From sequence record MN871447.1: a DNA stretch of 64,000 nt; one strand, given 5' to 3'. Below are positions 36,599-45,734 of this stretch, one piece after another. The notes below the pieces were generated by a model that did no database searches, was not told the origin of the DNA, and was given only the letters and a program-made list of their open reading frames with translations. The number at the start of each line of letters is the position of its first letter. Within the stretch, counting starts at the first letter, position 1. A program made the translations under genes and the position numbers.

Positions 36599-36874
36599 TT
36601 ACACCCCTGCTGCTACTAAAGTTAATATCACAACCAACCCAGAGATCACGGCGGTGAAATAATACCATCGCCGCTGATTTTCTTTTTTGTTGTTTTTACC
36701 TACGGCATCAACACGCCATACGCAGAAAATCAATGAAAGAAGACCCACCCCCACTATCGTAAAAACCGCCCATAGACTGGGGTTGAGTTGGTGTATTTTT
36801 TCGGATAACACCGCGATAGTGAGGATAACGAAAAACATCACAAACGAGAAATACGTACTGGGTGCCCAAGTCAT
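36599..36874 (-). CDS. Three-TM membrane protein
   Basis: 91 aa, hydrophobic. Confidence 0.7.
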   Translation of the reverse strand: MTWAPSTYFSFVMFFVILTIAVLSEKIHQLNPSLWAVFTIVGVGLLSLIFCVWRVDAVGKNNKKENQRRWYYFTAVISGLVVILTLVAAGV

Positions 36875-36888
36875 CTTTTTTCCTTACT

Positions 36889-37497
36889 TTAACCGTAATA
36901 ATCTACGCATTCAATGACCCATGCGTGAAACGCAATGGCCGCGCTCTCTGTTTGAAAGGTAATTTCTTTATCGTCGATAAAAACGGTCGTATCATTTCGT
37001 GCGACGAGATTGACAGCTTTCCAGCGCACGTAAACAACCGCGCCGCCGGCGGCACCGGTCTCATGATAACTGAAACTGAATTTGTTTTCGTCGGCATTAT
37101 CTTCAACCTCAGAGAAGAATTCAATGTCTTTTTCTGAGAATGGTTCCGCGTCTTCACCAATAAAATAACTGGAAGGAGACGGCATAGGCTTACTATCATC
37201 AACGATCCCGTATGACTTCAACCAAAGGTCGCTAATGATATCTTTTGCCAGCGCTGCGCAACGGTCAGTGGGGAATTGTAAAAAAGCTTCTTTCTCACCT
37301 AAAGCAAGAGCGACCGCCTGAGACCAAGGTAAACTTATCCCGGTCAATTCGGTGAAAGAGACAATTTCCAAATTATTTTTTGATCTGAGTGCGATGCCGC
37401 TGCGACCAAGATCGTTAAAAAGTTCAAGAAGCGAATTAACTTCAATAGCAGTTAATTCCGCATCGTCAGGGAGGTATTTATTGAGGGTGGCGTTCAT
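36889..37497 (-). CDS. Hypothetical protein
   Basis: 202-aa ORF, AGGAG RBS. Confidence 0.75.
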   Translation of the reverse strand: MNATLNKYLPDDAELTAIEVNSLLELFNDLGRSGIALRSKNNLEIVSFTELTGISLPWSQAVALALGEKEAFLQFPTDRCAALAKDIISDLWLKSYGIVDDSKPMPSPSSYFIGEDAEPFSEKDIEFFSEVEDNADENKFSFSYHETGAAGGAVVYVRWKAVNLVARNDTTVFIDDKEITFQTESAAIAFHAWVIECVDYYG

Positions 37498-37509
37498 ATC
37501 ACTAAACTC

Positions 37510-37875
37510 CTATTTTGCATTTCGTTTAAACAAGAATATGATAAGTCCAGGGTCCAACTCTGAAGATCCCTGGTATTCATACTCCGGATCAATCTCTTTC
37601 AGTAACTCGCCGATACGTTGACGCAGAAGATTAATTTGGGTTGCCAAGACAAATCGATAATTGACTTCGCTGCCACCCCAAATAAAACGATTATTACTTT
37701 TAATCTGCACGATCAACCTACCGTTGTCGAGGTCTACTGCCACAGTATTATTTAATGAAGCAGAATCGACATCCGACCCATTCTGTTTGCGGTCAAACAG
37801 TTTACGTAAAATATCAAAAATGCGGTCGGATGTTTTTTGATATTCAATTGAACGTAATAAGGGCGAAGTCGTCAT
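37510..37875 (-). CDS. Hypothetical protein, tandem paralog of 37872..38246
   Basis: Shared pattern V..D..L.I.I...W...LL...PE..Y...P..I.F..R.N. Confidence 0.7.
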   Translation of the reverse strand: MTTSPLLRSIEYQKTSDRIFDILRKLFDRKQNGSDVDSASLNNTVAVDLDNGRLIVQIKSNNRFIWGGSEVNYRFVLATQINLLRQRIGELLKEIDPEYEYQGSSELDPGLIIFLFKRNAK

Positions 37876-38246
37876 AGCGCAGCGCCCGCCGTGTTCTTAC
37901 GCACAGTGAAAGAAATCACGGAAGGTTCAACAACGCTTTCCGTTTTATAGCCGTTTTCCGGTAAGAAGGCGACCAATAAATCTTTCAACTTTTCGACGTC
38001 TGCTGCGAGGGTGGCTGGATCATCCGTCCAATACGTTCCGTCAGGGTGAGTGATGTTGATACGCAACGCATCTGCTGACACCTCGGCGGCGACTTCGTAA
38101 TGTCCTGCCCATCCGTACATTTGGGTATTTTCATTATTTTCAGCGTAAGCTTTGTAGACCGCGCTGGCATCGGAAAACTCTCGTTTAAATTCTTCGATTA
38201 AATGTTTGGCGATCATCGTGAACTCCCCATTGTTTTTTCTAACCAA
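37872..38246 (-). CDS. Hypothetical protein, tandem paralog of 37510..37875
   Basis: Same pattern; true start may be the internal Met in MIAKHL. Confidence 0.7.
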   Translation of the reverse strand: MVRKNNGEFTMIAKHLIEEFKREFSDASAVYKAYAENNENTQMYGWAGHYEVAAEVSADALRINITHPDGTYWTDDPATLAADVEKLKDLLVAFLPENGYKTESVVEPSVISFTVRKNTAGAAL

Positions 38247-38800
38247 TCAAAGACGATCTGGTGAGAAAGGTCGTAGATGTTGATGCAAGGGATATCACGA
38301 TCCCTTGCAATTTTAAAGGCAGACCGAGTACCGCCTTTCGGAAGCCCTTCAGAGTCCTCTGGCGCACACGCGATCAAAAATGCTGACGGCGATTCAACGT
38401 CTTCGCCAAGAATCTGAAAGACGTTGCGAATATGGAAACGCTTTTGGCCGTCAGTTAAACGATCCCAGACCGGGTGAACGGTCGAGATAATAGCCTCTGC
38501 TTTCGCAATGCTTTCCGGGCTGTAGTCGTAACGATCGTAGCGATCAGAGACAAAGACGTTGTCACGCTCGAAGGTTTTCCACGGAAGAAAGATCTGTGGG
38601 TCACGAATATAGTCCGCTGCTGAAAGCGAGTTCTCAAAACCAGATTGAAACGCTTGGTCGGCACCCGGTGCTTTCCCGGAGCGGATTGAGAACCCCTGTT
38701 CGCAAAGAAAGAATCCTAACTCTTTACAGAACGAAAAGTGCGCCTGTCCTAAGTCAGTGGATCCTATCGTTGTCACGTAAGCAAATTCGGTCTTTTCCAT
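38213..38800 (-). CDS. Single-domain SLOG (DprA/Smf-like) protein
   Basis: TTIGS, RSGKAPGADQAF, IFLPW, RNVFQILG, GGTR motifs. Confidence 0.75.
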   Translation of the reverse strand: MEKTEFAYVTTIGSTDLGQAHFSFCKELGFFLCEQGFSIRSGKAPGADQAFQSGFENSLSAADYIRDPQIFLPWKTFERDNVFVSDRYDRYDYSPESIAKAEAIISTVHPVWDRLTDGQKRFHIRNVFQILGEDVESPSAFLIACAPEDSEGLPKGGTRSAFKIARDRDIPCINIYDLSHQIVFDWLEKTMGSSR

Positions 38801-38812
38801 ACTCCCTCCAAA

Positions 38813-38893
38813 TTATTCATCGTCATCGTCATCGCTGTCGTCGTTGCTTTGACCCAGTAAAACCAAAACCAGTAAATCGAGTAAATCAGACAT
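38813..38893 (-). CDS. 26-aa amphipathic/poly-acidic peptide (not in track)
   Basis: AAGGTGA RBS; MSDLLDLLVLVLLGQSNDDSDDDDDE; first ORF after the promoter at 38939. Confidence 0.65.
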   Translation of the reverse strand: MSDLLDLLVLVLLGQSNDDSDDDDDE

Positions 38894-38938
38894 TGTTTAA
38901 TCACCTTATTTTTTGTTAATGATGTTAACTGCAATAGG

Positions 38939-38962
38939 GTGATATAGTTTTCAAACTAATTG
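38939..38962 (-). promoter_or_regulatory. Putative early promoter, second subtype
   Basis: Minus strand AATTAGTTTGAAAACTATATCACCCTATTG. Confidence 0.6.
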
Positions 38963-39027
38963 GAACGGTAGTGAAAAGAGAACAGTAATTTTCCTATGAC
39001 AATAACCCCATGAGAAAGGTAACGGTA

Positions 39028-41247
39028 ATGAGTGACTTCGGGAATAAGATCAGTGAATTAAACAGTTTGACTAGCGGGAATATGGCAGGAGAGTTACCGC
39101 TAAGTCTGACGTTATCTAGCGGTACTTTGGCGACGAATAAGATCACGTTGAGTCAGGTTCGGGATCTTTTTGATTTTGACCATGCCTTTGAGACAGTGGA
39201 GGAAGGGATTGCTGCAACGGTAGAAAACCAACTCTTCTACGTTTATGTCGACAGTAACAAATTATCAGTCAACGAATACGTCCGAACTAACATTGGCGCG
39301 AATGCGGTCATCGGTAAAAGCGGAACTAAGAAAATTATTTATATTCCCGCGTTATTAAAACACATTCAAATTCAAGTCGATAACTTTTCAGAGATCAGTT
39401 CTGTTCAACCCTCCTTTGAAGGACAGGTTATTTTTTTGAGGGGTTATTATTCAGGGAACAGCCGAGGGGGTGGTAACTTCAAAGCTATTCGTAACAGTAC
39501 GGTAGAAAACGACAATGGTGCGCATGTTAGATACGACGATCAATGGGTCTGGCAACGAGTACCGGATAAAGGTATTTTTTCAGTCTATGATTTTGGCGCT
39601 AAAGGAGACGGTGTTACTGACGATTACTTCGCCTTCCAAGGGGCCACGTACGGTACCTATCAATTCGGTGGCGGCATTATAAACGTACCATCTCCCGATG
39701 TAGCCTTTCGGATTACTTTCCCGGTTTTCTTTTTCCATAAGACGAAAATGATTGGACAAGGTATGGGAAGTAAGGTCATTTTTGAGAACCCTTTGTTATC
39801 GGCTAAAGGCCGCGGTGGGTTTGTAATGGGAAGTTCCCGCGAAGCTAACCGTGTAAAAGGAATGTCGGTATGGCGATCCGGAACAGTCGTCGGCGGAAAT
39901 GTTGCAGATAACACCTTCGTTAACCCTGGACAGAAACAGTATCTCCGCGATAATCAAAACTTGGCGCAGTGCACAAACTGCTCTATTTCCAATTTATATT
40001 TAGTTGCTGTTTATACAGGGAGTAACCTGAACGGTGGTTATGGGATAAACTTAAACAACGCAATGGATATAGAGATCAAAAACATTTATGGCGAAGGGTG
40101 GACAGAGATAGTTAACGTAGGCTCTGATACTATCCCTGAAACCCCGTCTTGCTACCGCGTTAACATCCATAACCTGTACTGTTTAAATCCTAACCAAGAT
40201 AAAACATTCTATAGTCTTGTTTTTGTTGCAAACTCTACTGATGTCACAGTAGATACGGCGATTCAGTATAAACCATTAAAAGACGGTACATTAAATGGTT
40301 CAGGGATAGCGACGAATCTCTGCGAGGATGTAACGTTTACGAATATTCAGATTAATAACCTCGGTCGCTCAGCGTCCTCTGAAGGGGTGTTAATTAATAA
40401 TACAAAAGGTTGTATTGTTCGTGGCCTCTATGTCAATAACGCGAAGAACGGACTGAGTACTTTCTATTCCGATGCCAGTTTCAACGATGCAAGTAAACCG
40501 AATATTTTCAGCGACATCGAGGTGAATAATTCGGATAACGGAATCAGTATTGCAGGTAAGTACGGGATATTCAGTGATTTGAAAGTGAACAACGTAATAT
40601 ACGACGTTTACTTTAGGACCTCAAATGCCCAATTTAATGTACTCAAATTTAAACCGCAAAAACCTTTCTATCGAGAAACACAAACCCCATTTGGTTTCTT
40701 CCAAAACAATACAATTCGCGGGTATAAAATCGGTTATTTGTATTTTACCCCTACGGCGTATCTTGTTACCCCGGCAGCCGATTTATTAAGATACGACGGA
40801 AGGTTTATCGCGACGGGCGTAAATGATGTTATCATGCGAATACCTATCCCGTCATACGTTAACGGAGTTGTAGATGTCCGCGCATTTTTAACTTTTAATA
40901 AGAATAGCCTTGCAGGAAATGCTAATGGACCAACTTCATTTAGCATGACTCTTCGTAGATTACCATCCTGGGATGGTAACATCGGTAATCCGATGCTCAT
41001 GGAATTGACGAACAATAAAATATCAGCTGTCGACAATACAATGAATCCGCAAGACACAACGTTAGTTTGCCAGCCTTCTTCTAACACAGCAAACTCTTCC
41101 GCTGAGGCTTACGCTAACGGTTACGTAACTATGCGTGGATCTTCAAACGGAATGGATAATGCACTAGAGTTATTGGTCATTATGGCAAATAATGTTAACA
41201 ATAACTACATTAAAGAAATTAGAATAGGTGTACTAGTAGATGAATAA
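39028..41247 (+). CDS. Tailspike / beta-helix polysaccharide depolymerase
   Basis: Track start 39010, likely ATG 39028; SVYDFGAKGDGVTDD (pectate-lyase-3-like) followed by Asn-rich beta-helix repeats. Confidence 0.85.
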   Translation: MSDFGNKISELNSLTSGNMAGELPLSLTLSSGTLATNKITLSQVRDLFDFDHAFETVEEGIAATVENQLFYVYVDSNKLSVNEYVRTNIGANAVIGKSGTKKIIYIPALLKHIQIQVDNFSEISSVQPSFEGQVIFLRGYYSGNSRGGGNFKAIRNSTVENDNGAHVRYDDQWVWQRVPDKGIFSVYDFGAKGDGVTDDYFAFQGATYGTYQFGGGIINVPSPDVAFRITFPVFFFHKTKMIGQGMGSKVIFENPLLSAKGRGGFVMGSSREANRVKGMSVWRSGTVVGGNVADNTFVNPGQKQYLRDNQNLAQCTNCSISNLYLVAVYTGSNLNGGYGINLNNAMDIEIKNIYGEGWTEIVNVGSDTIPETPSCYRVNIHNLYCLNPNQDKTFYSLVFVANSTDVTVDTAIQYKPLKDGTLNGSGIATNLCEDVTFTNIQINNLGRSASSEGVLINNTKGCIVRGLYVNNAKNGLSTFYSDASFNDASKPNIFSDIEVNNSDNGISIAGKYGIFSDLKVNNVIYDVYFRTSNAQFNVLKFKPQKPFYRETQTPFGFFQNNTIRGYKIGYLYFTPTAYLVTPAADLLRYDGRFIATGVNDVIMRIPIPSYVNGVVDVRAFLTFNKNSLAGNANGPTSFSMTLRRLPSWDGNIGNPMLMELTNNKISAVDNTMNPQDTTLVCQPSSNTANSSAEAYANGYVTMRGSSNGMDNALELLVIMANNVNNNYIKEIRIGVLVDE

Positions 41248-41255
41248 AAATAAAT

Positions 41256-41284
41256 AAAGGGTGGGCCAGATGGCCCACCCTTTA
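41256..41284. terminator. Bidirectional terminator
   Basis: AAAGGGTGGGCC-AGAT-GGCCCACCCTTT. Confidence 0.85.
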
Positions 41285-41542
41285 TTTTCTCTTTAATGCC
41301 ACCACTACCAAACCCAACACAGGATCCGCAGAATCAGTGCGCACTAACCCGTAACGAGGAAGTTCAATTACTAGTTGAGTGATACGATGTTTTTCTTGTT
41401 CACTTAACGCACTTAAATCTAAAGCGTGAAAATCCTCTACTACCTTAACATCGTCATCGGAGTAAGGGAAAGACCATTCGAGTTTGTTCTGTTCTTTATT
41501 CCCCGGCAAATAAAGGACATGCACCTTTTTGTATACGTTCAT
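41282..41542 (-). CDS. Hypothetical protein
   Basis: 86-aa ORF overlapping the upstream stop. Confidence 0.65.
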   Translation of the reverse strand: MNVYKKVHVLYLPGNKEQNKLEWSFPYSDDDVKVVEDFHALDLSALSEQEKHRITQLVIELPRYGLVRTDSADPVLGLVVVALKRK

Positions 41543-41943
41543 TCTCTTACTACCTTTTTAAACTCGGAAACAAATTCATGTTCAGGAATCGTCACTGCTT
41601 CACGTACTAACGAAACGTAAGCCCCTACCACAGACCATTGGACAGGGAAATTGTTAGTCATTACGCGATTAAACCCTTGGAAAAGGCGCTGGGTCTTGAT
41701 GCAAAAATAATAGGCATGAGGATCAATGTCTTTAACGTCCGCTAAACGTAAATTTCTTTCTGGTCTGTACGTTAATTGATACAGGTCGTCAGGTATTGCT
41801 TTTACTTTCTTTTCCACCAAAGAAAACAAATAATGCAACTTACAACCCCCGTCGAAATCTCCACTGCGTAAGTATAAGAAAATATCTCCAAGTGTATTAT
41901 CCTTGACAAATACCGCGGGGTCATTGCGTTTACTTTTAAACAT
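41539..41943 (-). CDS. Hypothetical protein
   Basis: 134-aa ORF, AAGGAG RBS. Confidence 0.7.
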   Translation of the reverse strand: MFKSKRNDPAVFVKDNTLGDIFLYLRSGDFDGGCKLHYLFSLVEKKVKAIPDDLYQLTYRPERNLRLADVKDIDPHAYYFCIKTQRLFQGFNRVMTNNFPVQWSVVGAYVSLVREAVTIPEHEFVSEFKKVVRE

Positions 41944-41997
41944 ACGCCATGCTCCTTTTAATAGAATGGAGAGTGGCTTTTACCACTCTCCATAGAT

Positions 41998-42819
41998 TCA
42001 TTCTGCGTAGATCGCTAAGGCGGTTTGGCAAATCGGGGAACGTACGCAGTCAGCATCGGTAAAGTTAATTACCGGGATATCTAACTGTTTACGCTCTATC
42101 CGTTCAAGGAGGTCTGCTAACCCCGACTTGACGCCTTTAGGAAGATCGCACTGCTTTAAGTCGCCGTTAATGATGACTGTGGAATTGTCACCAACACGGG
42201 TCAGGAAGAGACGCATCTGGTTGACAGTAACGTTCTGGGCTTCGTCAAGAATAATCACTGCATCGTCAAAGGTTCGTCCGCGCATAAAACTGAATGGTGC
42301 AACTTCGATCTTCTCGATCTCAGGACGAAGACAATACTGAAGGAAGCTTGGTCCCATCCGGCGACGGAGAATATCATAGACCGGACGGAAGTAGGGCAGG
42401 AACTTCTCGTATTGCGTTCCCGGAAGGAAACCCATCTCTTCCTCCGCTGTCAACATCGGCCGGGTCACAACGATTTTTTCAACGCTTTTCTCGCTGAGCT
42501 GATCGACCGCATAGACTGTGGCCAAAAGCGTTTTACCCGACCCTGCAGATCCTGTAGCGACGATCAAATCCCGACTCTGTAATGCATCCATATAGAGACC
42601 CTGATTGACGTTACGGGCTTCTATCGGGCTACGATCACGCTTTTCTTTCTCCATCCCAATATGAGTAACAGGGAAGCTGTTCCCTCTGTTATCAAACTGA
42701 AAAAGTTCCGCTGTTTCTTCATTCGATAGCGAGCGTTGCTGATTGAGTTTACGGCGAGACTCACGACGAACTTCGCGATCCAATTTAGCGTTACTCTTTT
42801 GACGTCCCATCGATACCAC
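41998..42819 (-). CDS. phoH: PhoH family ATPase, enterobacterial-like
   Basis: GSAGSGKT, VVTRP, GFLPG, FMRGRTF, ILDEAQN, GDLKQCD; N-terminal MGRQK as in E. coli PhoH. Confidence 0.95.
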   Translation of the reverse strand: MVSMGRQKSNAKLDREVRRESRRKLNQQRSLSNEETAELFQFDNRGNSFPVTHIGMEKEKRDRSPIEARNVNQGLYMDALQSRDLIVATGSAGSGKTLLATVYAVDQLSEKSVEKIVVTRPMLTAEEEMGFLPGTQYEKFLPYFRPVYDILRRRMGPSFLQYCLRPEIEKIEVAPFSFMRGRTFDDAVIILDEAQNVTVNQMRLFLTRVGDNSTVIINGDLKQCDLPKGVKSGLADLLERIERKQLDIPVINFTDADCVRSPICQTALAIYAE

Positions 42820-42915
42820 CTTAGCAGAGTTTAAAGAGGCTCACCGGATAGTGAGCTTTTTCTTGGTATGCAAAATAAACCACAGTTGTACGTTCATAAA
42901 AAGTCAACGGAATCT

Positions 42916-43257
42916 TTATTTTCGAATGAGGGGTTTAAATCCCCAACTGAACCCAGAGAAAATTCGTATCCAGAAGGGCGCTTTTGGTTTATAACGATAA
43001 AAGAGTTTGATCCCCGATAACCAGCCGTAATAGCGGACCGTTTTAAACCAATTGCTTTTTACCTCAGCGAAAATACCCTGTAGCCAGTAATCGATAGTTT
43101 CACGATAAGGTTCTAGTTCAGGGTCATTATCGATCAGTCGATTGAGGAAATCAGTATAAAGGATATTAGGGTCATAATGTTCCAGTTTGTATTGCTTGTT
43201 GAGGACGAGACGGTCCTTATCCTCGATCAAGATTTCAAGAACGTGTTGTTTCTCCAT
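42916..43257 (-). CDS. Hypothetical protein
   Basis: 113-aa ORF, GAGG RBS. Confidence 0.7.
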   Translation of the reverse strand: MEKQHVLEILIEDKDRLVLNKQYKLEHYDPNILYTDFLNRLIDNDPELEPYRETIDYWLQGIFAEVKSNWFKTVRYYGWLSGIKLFYRYKPKAPFWIRIFSGFSWGFKPLIRK

Positions 43258-43339
43258 CGTTTAAAACCCTCGAGGTGAAAAAAAAAGAAATTACATAGGG
43301 ATGGTCTGAAGGAGGCGTTTGCCTCCTTCAGTAGATGTT

Positions 43340-43687
43340 TTATCTTACCGTTTTAATTTGGGTATACGGGACTTCCATTGTAGAAACGTATTTACCCATA
43401 CGGTTGTAGAATAACCCTAATACCGCCACCTGCTCGTTGTCATGGTTTTCTAAGACCAACTGGTAGTCATCGCTGTTACAACTCCATTTATATTGACTAC
43501 CTTGCTGGCCCATATACTGGCAGCCTATATTAGTCCCGCCAAAAACACCGAAAGCCCTGTCGCCAGATACCGTTACACGATTATAACCGCTACGAAAAGT
43601 TTCAGTCACCGCCTGTGCAGAGAAGGTAGTGAAAACGGCTAAGAGAACTGCCGAACAAATGAGAAAAAACTTTTTCATGTTGAGCAC
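43340..43687 (-). CDS. Exported hypothetical protein
   Basis: Signal peptide ending AQA; two mature Cys; beta-rich. Confidence 0.75.
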   Translation of the reverse strand: MLNMKKFFLICSAVLLAVFTTFSAQAVTETFRSGYNRVTVSGDRAFGVFGGTNIGCQYMGQQGSQYKWSCNSDDYQLVLENHDNEQVAVLGLFYNRMGKYVSTMEVPYTQIKTVR

Positions 43688-43690
43688 CTT

Positions 43691-44047
43691 TTAAGAACTG
43701 GAGAGAGAACGGAATTGGTTTTTGTTTACCAGCTTTTCAATGACCACTTTTTCACGTTTACCGTCGTAAATACGTAAAAGGAATAAATTGGTTTTGTTAT
43801 AGCTTTTCAGTGCGAAGTAAAAACGATCCCCGCAAACGTAGGTGTCGGCGGAGTAAACAAAACCATCGTTATCGACCTGGTCATTGACGATTTCTGGATC
43901 GGTGCAGATGTACTTCTTGCCGTTCGCAAAGATGACCGCGCGGTTATCAGTGATCGTCCATTTAGAGTTTTGATCCTCGAACATAATCGCTGTTGCATTA
44001 GCGAAGAAAGGGAAAACCAACGTTAAAATAAGAATGATCTTTTTCAT
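43691..44047 (-). CDS. Exported hypothetical protein
   Basis: Signal peptide ending ANA; two Cys; beta-rich. Confidence 0.75.
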   Translation of the reverse strand: MKKIILILTLVFPFFANATAIMFEDQNSKWTITDNRAVIFANGKKYICTDPEIVNDQVDNDGFVYSADTYVCGDRFYFALKSYNKTNLFLLRIYDGKREKVVIEKLVNKNQFRSLSSS

Positions 44048-44061
44048 GTTTATAACACCAA

Positions 44062-44388
44062 TTAATGGAAAGAATTAGAGAGCCAGAAACGACATTCGTC
44101 TTGCTGCGTTGCTTCTAGTTTGGTTTTCATCTCAGTGAAACATTTGATGTCGTCACGATGTTTACTGGCGATTTCAGGATCAAGAACTTCTGCCAGTTCC
44201 GCCAGAAAAGTTAAACTCTGAATCGTACGATCAAGGAGTTCAATGGCGCGACTCGTTAACAGAGGACGTTCAATGAGGTCATGCTCGTCTTTAATCGAAA
44301 AGAGCGACTGGAAGACTGTTGAGAGTTCGTTGATTGTAGCGTCGTTATCAGCAAATGACATATTGATTCTCCTTTTATTAAAAAACAA
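44062..44388 (-). CDS. Hypothetical protein
   Basis: Helical ORF; likely start at MSFADND after AGGAG. Confidence 0.7.
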   Translation of the reverse strand: MFFNKRRINMSFADNDATINELSTVFQSLFSIKDEHDLIERPLLTSRAIELLDRTIQSLTFLAELAEVLDPEIASKHRDDIKCFTEMKTKLEATQQDECRFWLSNSFH

Positions 44389-44426
44389 AATAAGAGGAGA
44401 GGGTTACCTCCCCTCTCCCAGCGGTA

Positions 44427-44894
44427 TTATTTCTTTAAAATGTCACTACCGTTAAAGTAGAGTCTCAGTCCAGCGAGACCGAGTTTCTCTACGGCTTCAT
44501 CAACGCCCACCGCCAGTCTTTCAATGACGGTATGTTCCCTACCGCGTAAGAACATAGGCTCGAAGTCATCACTGAAGACACCGTCCAGATGAATCAACAT
44601 CCAAATCTCACCGGTCTCTTTCATACAGACTTCCGACTTACCCAGGTCATTGATGCGCTCAAGACCCAGATCACGTAATATCAGGATAGCTGAACCGCAT
44701 TCATCGCCGAGAATCCAATTATCTTCATCGAAATTTTCTAACTCTTCAAGCAGAACCCCGGCATGATGAAGGACGATATCGTTAACGGCATTGACCATTG
44801 CCGCCGCAGCGTCACGGAATTTCTGTTCGCGTTCTTCACGGCTGTATTTCAGATTAGCAAAAACGCTTAAAGCAGTAGATTTTAAAAATGACAT
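44427..44894 (-). CDS. Hypothetical protein
   Basis: Track start 45101 overlaps the upstream gene; ATG 44894 has a GAGG RBS and an AACTAAAC box. Confidence 0.75.
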   Translation of the reverse strand: MSFLKSTALSVFANLKYSREEREQKFRDAAAAMVNAVNDIVLHHAGVLLEELENFDEDNWILGDECGSAILILRDLGLERINDLGKSEVCMKETGEIWMLIHLDGVFSDDFEPMFLRGREHTVIERLAVGVDEAVEKLGLAGLRLYFNGSDILKK

Positions 44895-44961
44895 TTGACT
44901 TTCCTCTATAAGTTTAGTTGTATAAATGGCAGAGGAACTCCTCTGCCAGGTAAGTGCTTGA

Positions 44962-45594
44962 TTAGTTAAAGAACGGCGCCATGTTCGCACTGAATTTAAT
45001 ATCTTCAGCGTGTTTGAATTTGATCGTTGTAACAGTGATCGGTTCATAGTCGGCCATGTTAACAATCGACAATGTTTTATCGAGGTAGATAACGTTGTCA
45101 CGAATGATCATGTGATAATGCTCACGTTCCCCGCTTTGTGTTTTAGCTACTTCGTCAATGAAGATATCCGTTTCCGGATTATAACTGAAGTCGCTCGGCA
45201 TAACTTTCACAGGGTTCTGTTCGCGATAACGCTTAACATTAAGGATAACCTCTTCTACTCCGTAGACGATAGAAAGAATGTCCATGTCTTCTTCGAAGTC
45301 TGCGAGTTCATCAGGGGTAAGAATCGTGCTGTCGAGGTATTCGCGTTTGTACGGCCAGTTGGCCAGGAATTCTGGCTCGTCGCACATCGTGGAAAACGCC
45401 TCTCCGTTTTCGCGGTACAGCCAAAAACGATCACCTGTACTCATACGAGTTTCCACGATTAAATCTGCCGTTTCCGGGATAGAATTTTCAAAATCGAAGC
45501 GCGGCGTGAATGTGGCGAAATTCTCGGACAGGGTGTCTGGTGTTAAATCGAAGTTAGCGTCTTTAGCGAAAACAGTAATAGCGAAAGTAGTCAT
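44962..45594 (-). CDS. Acidic early protein
   Basis: 210 aa; first gene after the promoter at 45661; AAGG RBS plus AACTAAAC box. Confidence 0.8.
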   Translation of the reverse strand: MTTFAITVFAKDANFDLTPDTLSENFATFTPRFDFENSIPETADLIVETRMSTGDRFWLYRENGEAFSTMCDEPEFLANWPYKREYLDSTILTPDELADFEEDMDILSIVYGVEEVILNVKRYREQNPVKVMPSDFSYNPETDIFIDEVAKTQSGEREHYHMIIRDNVIYLDKTLSIVNMADYEPITVTTIKFKHAEDIKFSANMAPFFN

Positions 45595-45660
45595 GATATA
45601 TTCCTTATTTGTTTAGTTAAAAGTATGATAAAAGGGTTATTCTTTTCTTTTATCACTCGG

Positions 45661-45681
45661 GCAATATATACATGAAAAAAA
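45661..45681 (-). promoter_or_regulatory. Putative early promoter
   Basis: Minus strand TTTTTTTCATGTATATATTGC-CCGA-GTGA. Confidence 0.7.
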
Positions 45682-45734
45682 TTGGAGATTAATCTTATGA
45701 CTTTTTCACTGAACATAACCAGGTTGAATACTCT

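Noticed and set aside
44895-45101. Track N-terminal extension of 44427..45101
   Set aside because: Overlaps the upstream gene; the internal ATG at 44894 has an RBS and an AACTAAAC box.
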